Of a DNA stretch of 64,000 nt, positions 1 to 8,830 are shown in pieces. This stretch comes from a virus. Position 1 is the first letter of the stretch. Each line of letters opens with the position of its first letter. The stretch is taken from the IMG/VR virus record IMGVR_UViG_3300045978_000375, positions 1 through 64,000 of that record. One strand, 5' to 3'. The notes under the pieces were generated by a model, which ran no database searches, had not been told where the DNA came from, and saw only the letters and a program-made list of their open reading frames with translations. A program made the position numbers and the translations under genes.

Positions 1-2
1 TC

Positions 3-350
3 GCGGGCGGCTTCATCTACCGAAAAGACGCGCGCCGGGACGACGAGATTTACCTGATCTGCGACTTCTCGGTTTCGCGCGACCGACGCCTCTCGAAGCT
101 CGTCGCCATGCTGGCGACCGGAGAGGAGCCGGTCAACGCGTGGCAGCGGCAGAAGCTCGTGCGCATCCGAGGATTTTCCACGACCGCCTTCACCGACAAG
201 CCGGTGTCGATGAAGTACCGCGGCATCTACGAACTCGCAGGTCGAAAGCCCGGCTTTCTCAACTACCGGAGCGAGGTGCGACGTGTCTCAAGCCAAGCAA
301 TCTATACCGACTGGTGGCGACGATTCGGCGGAAGCGCCCGATCTCAGTGA
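3..350 (+). CDS. hypothetical protein, 5' end outside window
   Basis: Frame 3 is open from base 3 to the TGA at 348-350. No motif recognised. It could be the C-terminal part of a gene that starts upstream. Confidence 0.4.
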   Translation, partial: AGGFIYRKDARRDDEIYLICDFSVSRDRRLSKLVAMLATGEEPVNAWQRQKLVRIRGFSTTAFTDKPVSMKYRGIYELAGRKPGFLNYRSEVRRVSSQAIYTDWWRRFGGSARSQ

Positions 351-1131
351 GGCGACCGCCCTGCTCGAGCTCGCCGGTGAGCGACCCGGTCAGCTCGTCA
401 CTCGAATCGTCCGAGGCGACCTCCGGTCACTCAGGCTCCTCGAGAAGAACGCACGCTACATGAAGGCCCCGGTCTTCAACCAGCTTGCCGCGAACGTGCA
501 GCGCGACGGCGTGCTCACGAGCGTGCCGCTCGTCCATGACGGGGAGGTGCTCTCGGGAAACCATCGTGTGCAGGCTGCGCTCAAGGCTGGCGTGGTTGCG
601 GGCTTCTGGTTGGAGGTTGTAGGGGTCCTCTCCGAAGCGGGCCGAGAACGGCTCCTAGCCCGCGAGCGGCGTGTTTCCATCCAGCTCTCGCACAACGCGC
701 TCGTCGGGGAGGACGACCCGAACGTGCTCGCCGACCTCTACATGCCCCTTCCGCTCGACGAAAAGCAGTACTCGGGCCTCACGGACGACGCCCTGAAAGC
801 AGCCGACCCGCTCGACATCGCCTCGCTGTCGGCCGGCGCAGTCGCCTATCAAGAGCTTCAGCTGCTCTTTCTGCCGGAGGACGCAGCCGTCTTTCGCGCC
901 GCACTGGAACGCATCAAGAAGCGCGCCGGCAAGCTCGCCAAGGTCGATGTGCTGGTCGCGGCCCTTGCCGACTTCGAGCGGCTCTTTGACGCCTGCGTGC
1001 GCGTGAAGGAGCAGCGGAACGTGCACAACACGGCCCTCGCCGTCCGGGTGATGGCAGAACTCGCGCTCGAGCGCCTCGAGGAGCTCGCAGGGTCGGAGGA
1101 GCCGGCTCAAGGTCAGGTTGAGGGTTCGTGA
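283..1131 (+). CDS. ParB N-terminal-domain-like (nuclease-like) protein
   Basis: 282 aa with a GTG start. VPLVHDGEVLSGNHRVQAALKAG resembles the ParB-N box. It lies directly upstream of the terminase genes and its stop overlaps the next start (GTGA). The 68-nt overlap with the previous ORF makes the start uncertain. Confidence 0.5.
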   Translation: MSQAKQSIPTGGDDSAEAPDLSEATALLELAGERPGQLVTRIVRGDLRSLRLLEKNARYMKAPVFNQLAANVQRDGVLTSVPLVHDGEVLSGNHRVQAALKAGVVAGFWLEVVGVLSEAGRERLLARERRVSIQLSHNALVGEDDPNVLADLYMPLPLDEKQYSGLTDDALKAADPLDIASLSAGAVAYQELQLLFLPEDAAVFRAALERIKKRAGKLAKVDVLVAALADFERLFDACVRVKEQRNVHNTALAVRVMAELALERLEELAGSEEPAQGQVEGS

Positions 1132-1703
1132 GCGAGCCGGAGAAGAAAACCCCCGAGGAGCGCTTCAAAGAGCGCCTGGCGGCGCTCGGCGGTGGCGACG
1201 TCTCGAAGCAGGACGAGCTCGGTCGCACCATCTACGACCAGCGGATCGACTTCCTGATGGAGCTCATGGACACGGGCCGGTGGCTCCCGGGCGTCACCGA
1301 GCGCGTCATCGCGACCGGCTGGAACTGCTCGCGCCCGCATGTCCGGAGGATGGCGGCCGAGGCGAGCCGCGCCATCAAGCGGCGGCTGCACGAGGACCCG
1401 AAGGCGCTCGCGGACGCCCGGGCGGCCTGCATCTTCACGTTCATGCGGCTCGCCTACAAGGCCGAGCAGCTCGGCGATGCTCAAGGGCTTCGCGAAGCGA
1501 GGGAGAGCACGCTCGAGTACGCGCGTTTCATGGGCATCGCGCCGAAGCCCCAGCTCGAGCTCAGCGATGCCGATCCGTTTGCCGGCTGGAGCACCGAGGA
1601 CAAGGAGCGGTTCGCTTCGACTGGTGAGCGCCCGTCGAGGAAGGTCCGGCGCGTGCTTGCTGCGGCCATCGCTGAGGGCGTCGCCGGACCGAATGACGAA
1701 TGA
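1128..1703 (+). CDS. putative terminase small subunit
   Basis: 191 aa, translationally coupled on both sides (GTGA upstream, ATGA to terL). Has an HTH-like central segment. The call is mainly positional. Confidence 0.45.
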   Translation: MSEPEKKTPEERFKERLAALGGGDVSKQDELGRTIYDQRIDFLMELMDTGRWLPGVTERVIATGWNCSRPHVRRMAAEASRAIKRRLHEDPKALADARAACIFTFMRLAYKAEQLGDAQGLREARESTLEYARFMGIAPKPQLELSDADPFAGWSTEDKERFASTGERPSRKVRRVLAAAIAEGVAGPNDE

Positions 1704-3202
1704 GCGCGGAGCTCGAGCTTCGGGCGCGCGCCCGACTTGCCGCCGAGTGGGACCGGGCGGCTACCGACGTCGCCGGGTTCATCCCGCTCGCCACTCCTGA
1801 CTACTCGCGCCCGGTCGAGCTCGCGCCCGTCACCGAGCTTCTGAACCGGTCGCTCCATGAGCCGGTCTTCGCCTGCCTGTCGCTCCCGCCGCGGCACAAG
1901 AAAACCGACACCATCCTACACGCCGCCGTCCATCGGCTGAAGTTCCAGCCAAAGGCCCGGATCGGCTACTTCTCCTACTCGAGCGATTTCGCTCTGAAGA
2001 AGTCCAGGGCGGCACGGAGTATCGCCGTGCAGGTCGGTCTCAAGCCAGGCGGCTCGCGCTCGCAGGCCGCGAACGAGGACCTCGCCAACACGGTGCATTA
2101 CTGGCAGACGAGCTCGGGGAGCTCGTGGCTCGCATCGGGCCGTGGCGGTGAGGCGATTGGCCATGGCTTGGACCTCGCCATCGTAGACGACCCGTTCTCG
2201 GGGCCCGTCGAGGCGAGAAGCGCCGCCGTGCGCGAAGCCGTTTGGGATTGGTTTCTCGGCTCGATCTTCCAGCGTCGAGAGCCCGGAGCCTCCATCTTCG
2301 TCGTGCACACGCGCTGGCACGAAGACGACCTCATTGGGCGGCTCATCGCGAGCGAGGGGAACTGGACCTACATCAACCTCCCGGCCCTCGCGCTCGACAA
2401 CGACCCGATCGGCAGGAAGCCGGGCGAGGCCCTCTGCCCGGAGCGCTACACGGCCGACGAGCTGAACCTCATTCGCCTGCAGATCGGCGAATATCTGTTT
2501 TGGGCGCAGTACCAGGGGCAGCCGCGTCCCGAGGGGGCGAAGCTCTTCCGCCCGCCGGCGCGCATCGACGAGCTTCCCATCCTGCTCGGCTGGCGCGTCT
2601 TCATCGGCGTCGACCCCGCGGGCACGACGAAGACGAGCTCGGACAACACGGCCGTTGCGGTGATGGCTTTCCGGCGGGACCCGAAGGGGCTCCTCCACGC
2701 CATCGTGCTTCGCGTCTACTGCTTCCAGGCCGAGGTCCCGGACGTCACCGACTTCCTGCTCGCACTTCAGAAGCGCTGGGAAGGTGCGCCCCTCGTCATC
2801 GAAACCCAGGGCGGGCATGGCGCCGCGGTCGCACAGATGCTCCGCCGAATCGAACCGCGGCTCGTGCTCGCGACCGTGACGACGACCGAGGACAAGTTCA
2901 CTCGCGCGCAGCCCGTGGCGGCCGGCTGGAACCAGGGCCGAGTGCTCGTCCCGACGCAGTCCACGCTGCACTGGGACTCCGAGGAGGTTCAGGCGCTGCT
3001 GAAGAGGTGGGCGCGCTGGGACACGAGCTGGGTGAAGACCTATCTCGATGAGATGGGCAAGGTGACGGGCGTCGCCGATCCGGAGGACGACCAGATGGAC
3101 GCGACCGCCCATTGTTGGAACTACGCCGAAACCGCCGTGCTCGACGCCACCGCGGAGCAGCCGAAGGGGATGCGGCCGCGCCTCCTCGCACGCGGCTACT
3201 GA
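1700..3202 (+). CDS. terL: terminase large subunit
   Basis: 500 aa. Walker-B-like LDLAIVDDPFSG, the terminase signature FVVHTRWHEDDLIGRL, and a C-terminal nuclease-like region (VDPAG...DNTAVAV). Confidence 0.9.
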   Translation: MSAELELRARARLAAEWDRAATDVAGFIPLATPDYSRPVELAPVTELLNRSLHEPVFACLSLPPRHKKTDTILHAAVHRLKFQPKARIGYFSYSSDFALKKSRAARSIAVQVGLKPGGSRSQAANEDLANTVHYWQTSSGSSWLASGRGGEAIGHGLDLAIVDDPFSGPVEARSAAVREAVWDWFLGSIFQRREPGASIFVVHTRWHEDDLIGRLIASEGNWTYINLPALALDNDPIGRKPGEALCPERYTADELNLIRLQIGEYLFWAQYQGQPRPEGAKLFRPPARIDELPILLGWRVFIGVDPAGTTKTSSDNTAVAVMAFRRDPKGLLHAIVLRVYCFQAEVPDVTDFLLALQKRWEGAPLVIETQGGHGAAVAQMLRRIEPRLVLATVTTTEDKFTRAQPVAAGWNQGRVLVPTQSTLHWDSEEVQALLKRWARWDTSWVKTYLDEMGKVTGVADPEDDQMDATAHCWNYAETAVLDATAEQPKGMRPRLLARGY

Positions 3203-3274
3203 GGCGCGGGGTCAGGGGTCCGTGGTGGCGCCAGGTTCGCGAGGGCCCGGCCAACCAACGGAGAGACCTAGGTC

Positions 3275-3721
3275 ATGTACGAAACTTCAGGATCGCGCGC
3301 CATCGCCGCGACGCAGTCTGCCCTCACTCTGATGGGCGGCACGGGCGTCGTCGTCTGTCTCAGGGAGTTTGCGCTCAGCACGTCCGGCGTGCCGAGCTCG
3401 GACCAGAACGTCAACGCGCAGCTCAGGCGCTTCACCGCCGCTGGCACCGGGACGACCCTGACGGCCGGCATCAAGTCCCCTGGCTCTCACCCGACGCCCG
3501 AGGTCACGCTACTCGGCAACCTCACCGCGGAACCGACCTACTCGGCCGGTTTCGTGATGGATCTCTACTTCAATCCGCGGAACAACCGCCCGTGGGTCGC
3601 CTACGACCAGCGCGGCGAGATCCTCGTCCCGCTCACCGCGAACAACGGCATCGGCTTTCAGTGCACCGCGGTCGGCGGCGGCGTCGGCAACTTCAATGCC
3701 GAGGCCGCCTGGGTGGAGTGA
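3275..3721 (+). CDS. hypothetical protein (beta-rich, possibly structural)
   Basis: 148 aa with GGAGAG upstream. Its stop overlaps the next ATG by 1 nt. No motif recognised. Confidence 0.5.
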   Translation: MYETSGSRAIAATQSALTLMGGTGVVVCLREFALSTSGVPSSDQNVNAQLRRFTAAGTGTTLTAGIKSPGSHPTPEVTLLGNLTAEPTYSAGFVMDLYFNPRNNRPWVAYDQRGEILVPLTANNGIGFQCTAVGGGVGNFNAEAAWVE

Positions 3722-4137
3722 TGACCTGGTACGCGACGAGCGAGAAAAACCGGCTTGGCAGCGAACCTGTCAAGCTACCGGCGCCCGGGCAGCGCGTGCT
3801 CGCGTGCGTCATTCGAGCTCGGCCATTGCCGACGAAGGCCCTGCTCGAAGCGTTCGAAGCCTGCGGAATTCCGGCAGGAGACGCTGCGGCGTTCATCCGA
3901 TCGGGACGCACCCCGGGCGATGTGAAGGAAGAGCTCGAGAAGGCCGGTCTCATCCAGCAGTACGCGTACTCGGCACTCTTCGAGTGCTTCCTCGTGGACG
4001 TGAAGGACCGGGAGAGGCCGCGAAGCCAGCAGGCCTCGGCCGAGGGCTGGGCGTGCGACGCGATGCCGCTCACGCCGATGTTCGACACGGTCCCGACGCA
4101 CTGGACGGACGAACTCCCGGAACGGTTCGAGCCGTGA
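3721..4137 (+). CDS. hypothetical protein, DUF551-like ends
   Basis: ATG at 3721 shares its A with the upstream TGA. The N-terminal W...LP...RVL pattern and the C-terminal THW..LP pattern resemble DUF551 phage proteins. This is a weak call. Confidence 0.45.
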   Translation: MTWYATSEKNRLGSEPVKLPAPGQRVLACVIRARPLPTKALLEAFEACGIPAGDAAAFIRSGRTPGDVKEELEKAGLIQQYAYSALFECFLVDVKDRERPRSQQASAEGWACDAMPLTPMFDTVPTHWTDELPERFEP

Positions 4138-4409
4138 GGGGCCTGCCCGGACTCAAGGCCCGCGGGTTCACGACCGAGATTGGGCCGGGTTCGGGAGCTG
4201 GGGTCGAGCACGAGACGTTCACCTGCTGCCACTGCGGCGGCGTCACCATGATTCCGCACCGCGCGACGCCCGAGCAGCTAGGGCGTTTCTGTCTCTCGTG
4301 CAATCAGATGACGTGCGTCGCCTGCGCGCCGTTCCCGGAGTGCCGGAGCTTCATGCGGCAGATCGATCAGCAGCTTGCGAGGGCGCGGTTGCTCAGGGCG
4401 TGCCCATAA
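4134..4409 (+). CDS. small Cys-rich (zinc-ribbon-like) protein
   Basis: GTG at 4134 overlaps the upstream stop (GTGA). Motifs CCHCGG...CLSCNQMTCVAC...C. Confidence 0.45.
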   Translation: MRGLPGLKARGFTTEIGPGSGAGVEHETFTCCHCGGVTMIPHRATPEQLGRFCLSCNQMTCVACAPFPECRSFMRQIDQQLARARLLRACP

Positions 4410-4431
4410 CTCCGAGCGGAACTGTGGCAAC

Positions 4432-5211
4432 ATGCTGATCCTCTCCTCCACGTCGGACATCGTCCGAATCGTCACCGATGCGTCTGGCGACATCGAGGTG
4501 CATGCCTCGTGGGCCGACAACAACGCGGGGACGATCACGCCCGGGCGCACGAACACTGCTTCGATCACGACGGCCACGACGACGACCGTCGTTGGCTCGC
4601 CGGCGAGCTCGCAGCAGCGTAACGTCCGGCACCTGAACATCACCAACAACCACGCCTCGCAAACGGTTGTGGTGACGGTCGAGCACACGGACGGGACCAA
4701 CGCCGAGACCTTGATGAAAGTCACGCTGCTCGCGGGCGAAAACCTCGTCTTCGACCAGGGTGGTGGTTGGACCCACTACGACCCGAACGGCGGGACCTAC
4801 GGGGGGCTGCCGGCAGCGACGCAGGCAGACATGGAGTCGGGGACGAGCCTGAACACCTTCGTCACGCCGGGGCGGCTGCACTTCCACCCCGCCGCGGCGA
4901 AGTTTTGGATCAAGGCCACGCCGGGTGGGACCATCAATGCGTCCTACAACGTCAGTGCGGAAGCGGACTCAACCGCTGGTGTCTGCGACATCACAATCGG
5001 AAACGACTTCAGCTCTGCCAACTACGCCGTGGTTGCGATGAGCTTGCGGGCGAATACGAACACGACAGTAACTGACGCCAAGAATACGGCAATCCGCAGT
5101 GCAACGCAGGCGGCTGGGGCCGTCTCAATCGAGACGTACGATCAGACTGCTACGAACTTCGCGGTCGAGGACCCGACTAGCTGGTACGCAGTCGGGTTTG
5201 GAGATCTGTAA
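4432..5211 (+). CDS. tail-fibre-like protein
   Basis: Internal ATG chosen (MLILSSTSD...). The central ATQADMESGTSLNTFVTPGRLHFHP resembles the conserved fibre collar motif. The C-terminal ~100 aa are visibly lower in GC. Confidence 0.5.
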   Translation: MLILSSTSDIVRIVTDASGDIEVHASWADNNAGTITPGRTNTASITTATTTTVVGSPASSQQRNVRHLNITNNHASQTVVVTVEHTDGTNAETLMKVTLLAGENLVFDQGGGWTHYDPNGGTYGGLPAATQADMESGTSLNTFVTPGRLHFHPAAAKFWIKATPGGTINASYNVSAEADSTAGVCDITIGNDFSSANYAVVAMSLRANTNTTVTDAKNTAIRSATQAAGAVSIETYDQTATNFAVEDPTSWYAVGFGDL

Positions 5212-5373
5212 ATGCTACGCAACTATGAGCAGATATTCGCGTGCGAGGCGTTTGGAGCACCGACGGCTCTTCCGGAGGGTGCGGCGCTGACCTTTACCGT
5301 GAATCTGTTGGTGGCCGACGTTGACCCGCCAAGTCACGCGACTGTCAGCATGTCGATCGAGCGGTGCGGGTGA
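5212..5373 (+). CDS. small hypothetical protein (53 aa, below the ORF-track cutoff)
   Basis: ATG immediately follows the TAA of the fibre-like gene (TAAATG). It fills an otherwise empty 166-bp gap, and its stop lies 4 nt before the next ATG. Confidence 0.3.
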   Translation: MLRNYEQIFACEAFGAPTALPEGAALTFTVNLLVADVDPPSHATVSMSIERCG

Positions 5374-5377
5374 ACAC

Positions 5378-5908
5378 ATGTCGGTCCCCGTGCAGAAGTT
5401 CGCGGTGCGGTGCGACGACGGCTCCGTGACGATCCTGGCGTTTGTGCTGCGCTCGCGCGGCCCCACCCCCCGCGGCGGAAAGGTCGATCCCTCTACCGGA
5501 GAATGGGTGCGTGAGCCAACCGACGAGAACGTCTTTTACGAGATCGAGCGCATCTTCGCAGCACCAGGCAAACCCCGCCCGATGGGATACCGTCCGATCA
5601 AGGACGCTGATGTTCCTGCGGATCGCACCTACCGCGATGCATGGACCGACGACGGTAAGGCGATCGTTCATGACATGGGCAAGGCGCGGGCGCTGCACGT
5701 CGCGCGCCTGCGGCGCCGCCGAGCGCCGAAGCTCGTCGAGCTCGACGGCCAGTGGATGCGAGCGATGGGGCAAGGCAACTCGCAAGAGGCGGCACGCGTC
5801 GAGGCTGAGCGCCAAGCCCTGCGCGACCTGCCGGTGACGCTCGAATTCGACAAGATCGACAGCGTCGACGACTTGAAGAAGGCCTGGCCCGAAAACCTGC
5901 CACGGTAA
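5378..5908 (+). CDS. hypothetical protein, fibre-assembly-like C-terminal motif
   Basis: Internal ATG chosen (MSVPVQKF...). The segment ...ELDGQWMRAMGQGNSQEAARVEAERQALRDLP... resembles motifs seen in phage fibre chaperones. Weak call. Confidence 0.4.
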   Translation: MSVPVQKFAVRCDDGSVTILAFVLRSRGPTPRGGKVDPSTGEWVREPTDENVFYEIERIFAAPGKPRPMGYRPIKDADVPADRTYRDAWTDDGKAIVHDMGKARALHVARLRRRRAPKLVELDGQWMRAMGQGNSQEAARVEAERQALRDLPVTLEFDKIDSVDDLKKAWPENLPR

Positions 5909-5912
5909 AACC

Positions 5913-6290
5913 TTGGCTGATCTCGCCTACAAGAGCGTCACGCTCGTCGAGCAGGCGCAGCCTGCGCACATTCGAGGGCACCAGCTCTGGCTGGGCACAG
6001 AAGGACCGGTCGAGCTCGCCGTTGGCCTGAACACAGACTCCGGTGTCTATACGGCGTACGCGCGTGTGATCCGCGACAACCCCCGGGGTGAGGGAACTCT
6101 CGCGCTGCCGGCTGGTGTGGCAGAGGGCACTGACTGGGCGGCTGCGCTCGACGCGGCCTGCGAGGCGTTCACAGCGCGGGCCGACAAGCCGGTAGGACAA
6201 CGCAAGTTCCGCGAGCTCGACATCCGCTCGACTGACCGCGCGGCGCTTCGCGTTGTCGCCGATAGGACGAGGCTTTCTCAGGTGCGCTGA
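5913..6290 (+). CDS. hypothetical protein
   Basis: 125 aa with a TTG start. Its stop overlaps the next ATG (TGATG). Confidence 0.4.
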   Translation: MADLAYKSVTLVEQAQPAHIRGHQLWLGTEGPVELAVGLNTDSGVYTAYARVIRDNPRGEGTLALPAGVAEGTDWAAALDAACEAFTARADKPVGQRKFRELDIRSTDRAALRVVADRTRLSQVR

Positions 6291-8803
6291 TGGCAATCAG
6301 CGCCCGCACAGCCATCGAGTACGGAGTCAGTGGTCAGAACCCGGCGGCGCAGTCGATCACGACTCAGGCCGGTGACAAAGCGGTCATCCTCTGCCAGTCG
6401 AATTGGGAGGGCAGCACATTCAGCACCACGTCGCTGGACGGCGATACTACGCCAAACAACGCGGCATCCGACGACGATGGTGGTTCGGGAGAATGCACCC
6501 ACGTCGTAGTCTGGCTGAATCCGCCGATCGGCGTGCTCTCGATCGACTGGGCATTCGGGGCCGTTCCGAGCGACGGCGCTGAGGTTTGGGCGGTCATCGT
6601 TGCGTGCGACGGAGACATTTCCGTCGTGGATATTGGCGCCGATGCCAGCGGCACCACGACGACGACGACGGAGAACTGCGCGGTTGGCGATCTTGCGGTC
6701 GCGGTAGGATTCGAGTTTGGTGGAGCAGCGTCGGTCGGCAGTGGCTACACGAGCGGCGACGCCATCGCCGCCGACGACGTATTCAACGGACAGCACGGGC
6801 GGCCGTACGCCAAGATCGTCTCGAGCGGCTCGACCATTACCGCGACCTCCCAGCTCGGGGTCGTGCAGGTCATCCTCCGCGAGACGATCACCGCGCCGCA
6901 GTCGATCCTTACGCCAATTGGCCCGCTGCGTCGGGCTCGGGCTGACAGCTCTGGAACGGAAGGCGACGTAAAGCAGTGGTTCGACCAAGCGTTTCTCCTC
7001 GCCAACTGGTTCGATGAGGAGTTTGCTGTCGCGGCGGCGCCTTCTCTCGCGACGTTTCTCCCCGACGAAGAGCTGCCTTTCATCCCACGGTTTCGCCGGA
7101 GCGAGCGCACCGCTCGATCTCTGGTTCACGGTTACGTAAACTTCCCAGAGATTCCACGCCCGCTGATCGTTGCGACTCAGGCGCCGCTTCCAGACATTGC
7201 GGCCGTCAGTCGGATCTTCGCTCCGCACCGCCATCCGGTGTCGGAGATCGTCACGACGACGGCGCAGCAGCAGCCTGGAGCTCTGGCCGATTCGCTACCA
7301 GCACGACCGGCCCAATCTGCACGCGCCCGACAGCTCGTAGAAGCGCACGTGCCACAGGCGGCGATTTCCCTGCCGTGGGTTGGGACTGAGAGCGCGAGCC
7401 GCGGTCAGCCCGTGCGCCCTCCGAGGTTCCGAGAGGACCCGGCGCCGCTCGGGACGATCGATCTCCCGCCCATCGACGCGGACATCTTTGCCCGAGGTCC
7501 TCGGAGCCGGCCGATCCGGCTCGACGCCGAACCCACGGCGAGCCCAACAATCGCCCTCCCGCCCATCAACCCCGACGACTTCCGTCGAGGCCCACCACCG
7601 CGACCGGTGCGGCTCCAAGCGGAGCCAACGTCGCCGGCGGTCATCAGACTTCCGCCCATCAACCCGGAGCCGCCGGCACTCCGGGGTCCCATGCGCCCCC
7701 ACCCGCCGGACCCGGAGTTCGCGCCCGCAACATTCGTCGCGCCGGTCGTCTACCTCGCGGTGCCCGACCTTTTGCCGCAGCGTGCGAGGCTCAGACCGCC
7801 GTCACCGGCCTTTCTCGATCCTCCGCCCATCGCGTTCGCGCAGGCTGCCGTCTCGGCGCTCGTGGACCTGCTGCCGCAGCGAGGGATGCCGGTGCGGCGC
7901 AGGGACGCCTTTTTGGACCCGTCCCCACGGGCTCAGATTGCGCTGCCGTGGGTGCCCGAGCAAGCGGCTCTCCGCGGCGTGGCCATCCGCCTTCCGCGGC
8001 TCGGTCCGGAACCGACGCCAGGGGCGGTCATCGCACTGCCGCCAGTCTCGTCCGAACTTCTGCTCCGCCCCGTCCTCGGCCGCCTTGGCCGCCCGCCTGA
8101 CGTCGACGCGCCCGCTGGGCTCGTGCGCGCGCTCGTGCTCGAGGAGCTGCTGCCAGAGCGCCGGCACGCCCAGCGCCTCGTGCGCGCGTTCGAGCAAGAA
8201 GCGCTCGCAACCGGCGCCCGTCCGTGGCTCGGCCCGGACGAGCTCGTCCAGCGGGTTCGGAGCTCGAGGGGGCGGCTGGCGCCTGATTCGGCGCTCTCCT
8301 CGGCCTTCGTGCCGGTCCAGCTAATCGCGCTCATCGCCGAAGAGCGAAACCCGCCGCATTACGTCGCACCACGGGCCCTCTTTCGGACACTGTGGATCAC
8401 GACCTACGTCCCGACCGGGCCGTTCCTGGTCGTCTTCCTGCCGCCCGCGCCAGAGCACCGCCGCGCCCTCCTACACTACCACCCGAGAAAGGGCCGCCTC
8501 TTGTCGCTCGAAGGAAGCTTCGCCGTGTGGGACGTGCAGCGCGGGCTCGCGCCCATCGATTACGACGTCGACGCTCGCCCCTGGCTCACCGGCACGGCCC
8601 TCCTCGCGACCTTCGTGCTCACGCAGGAACCGGGCGATCCGGTCGTCTACGGACCCGTGCAGCTCGTGCCAGGAGGACGCGACGTGAAGCTCACTGCGTC
8701 GGCCCCGCTCGGCGCGACGCCGGGCTTTTACCGCGTGCGAGCCGACTTCACCGACACCGTCGGCCGGCCGGGCTTCCAGTTCTTTCACATGCGGGTCACC
8801 TGA
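6290..8803 (+). CDS. large repeat-containing structural-type protein
   Basis: 837 aa. Has an N-terminal beta-rich domain, a central Pro/Arg-rich region of ~31-aa repeats, and a C-terminal Ig-like-looking domain. Confidence 0.6.
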   Translation: MAISARTAIEYGVSGQNPAAQSITTQAGDKAVILCQSNWEGSTFSTTSLDGDTTPNNAASDDDGGSGECTHVVVWLNPPIGVLSIDWAFGAVPSDGAEVWAVIVACDGDISVVDIGADASGTTTTTTENCAVGDLAVAVGFEFGGAASVGSGYTSGDAIAADDVFNGQHGRPYAKIVSSGSTITATSQLGVVQVILRETITAPQSILTPIGPLRRARADSSGTEGDVKQWFDQAFLLANWFDEEFAVAAAPSLATFLPDEELPFIPRFRRSERTARSLVHGYVNFPEIPRPLIVATQAPLPDIAAVSRIFAPHRHPVSEIVTTTAQQQPGALADSLPARPAQSARARQLVEAHVPQAAISLPWVGTESASRGQPVRPPRFREDPAPLGTIDLPPIDADIFARGPRSRPIRLDAEPTASPTIALPPINPDDFRRGPPPRPVRLQAEPTSPAVIRLPPINPEPPALRGPMRPHPPDPEFAPATFVAPVVYLAVPDLLPQRARLRPPSPAFLDPPPIAFAQAAVSALVDLLPQRGMPVRRRDAFLDPSPRAQIALPWVPEQAALRGVAIRLPRLGPEPTPGAVIALPPVSSELLLRPVLGRLGRPPDVDAPAGLVRALVLEELLPERRHAQRLVRAFEQEALATGARPWLGPDELVQRVRSSRGRLAPDSALSSAFVPVQLIALIAEERNPPHYVAPRALFRTLWITTYVPTGPFLVVFLPPAPEHRRALLHYHPRKGRLLSLEGSFAVWDVQRGLAPIDYDVDARPWLTGTALLATFVLTQEPGDPVVYGPVQLVPGGRDVKLTASAPLGATPGFYRVRADFTDTVGRPGFQFFHMRVT
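7364..8122 (+). repeat. in-frame ~93-bp (31-aa) Pro/Arg-rich repeats inside the 837-aa ORF
   Basis: Units look like I(D/A/R)LPPI(D/N)xDxFxRGPxxRPxRLxAEPTxxxx. There are four consecutive units, two DLLPQR...AFLDP units, then two IALP(W/P)V units. Confidence 0.7.
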
Positions 8804-8830
8804 TGCCGGGCCCGCCACGCTCTCCGGGGC

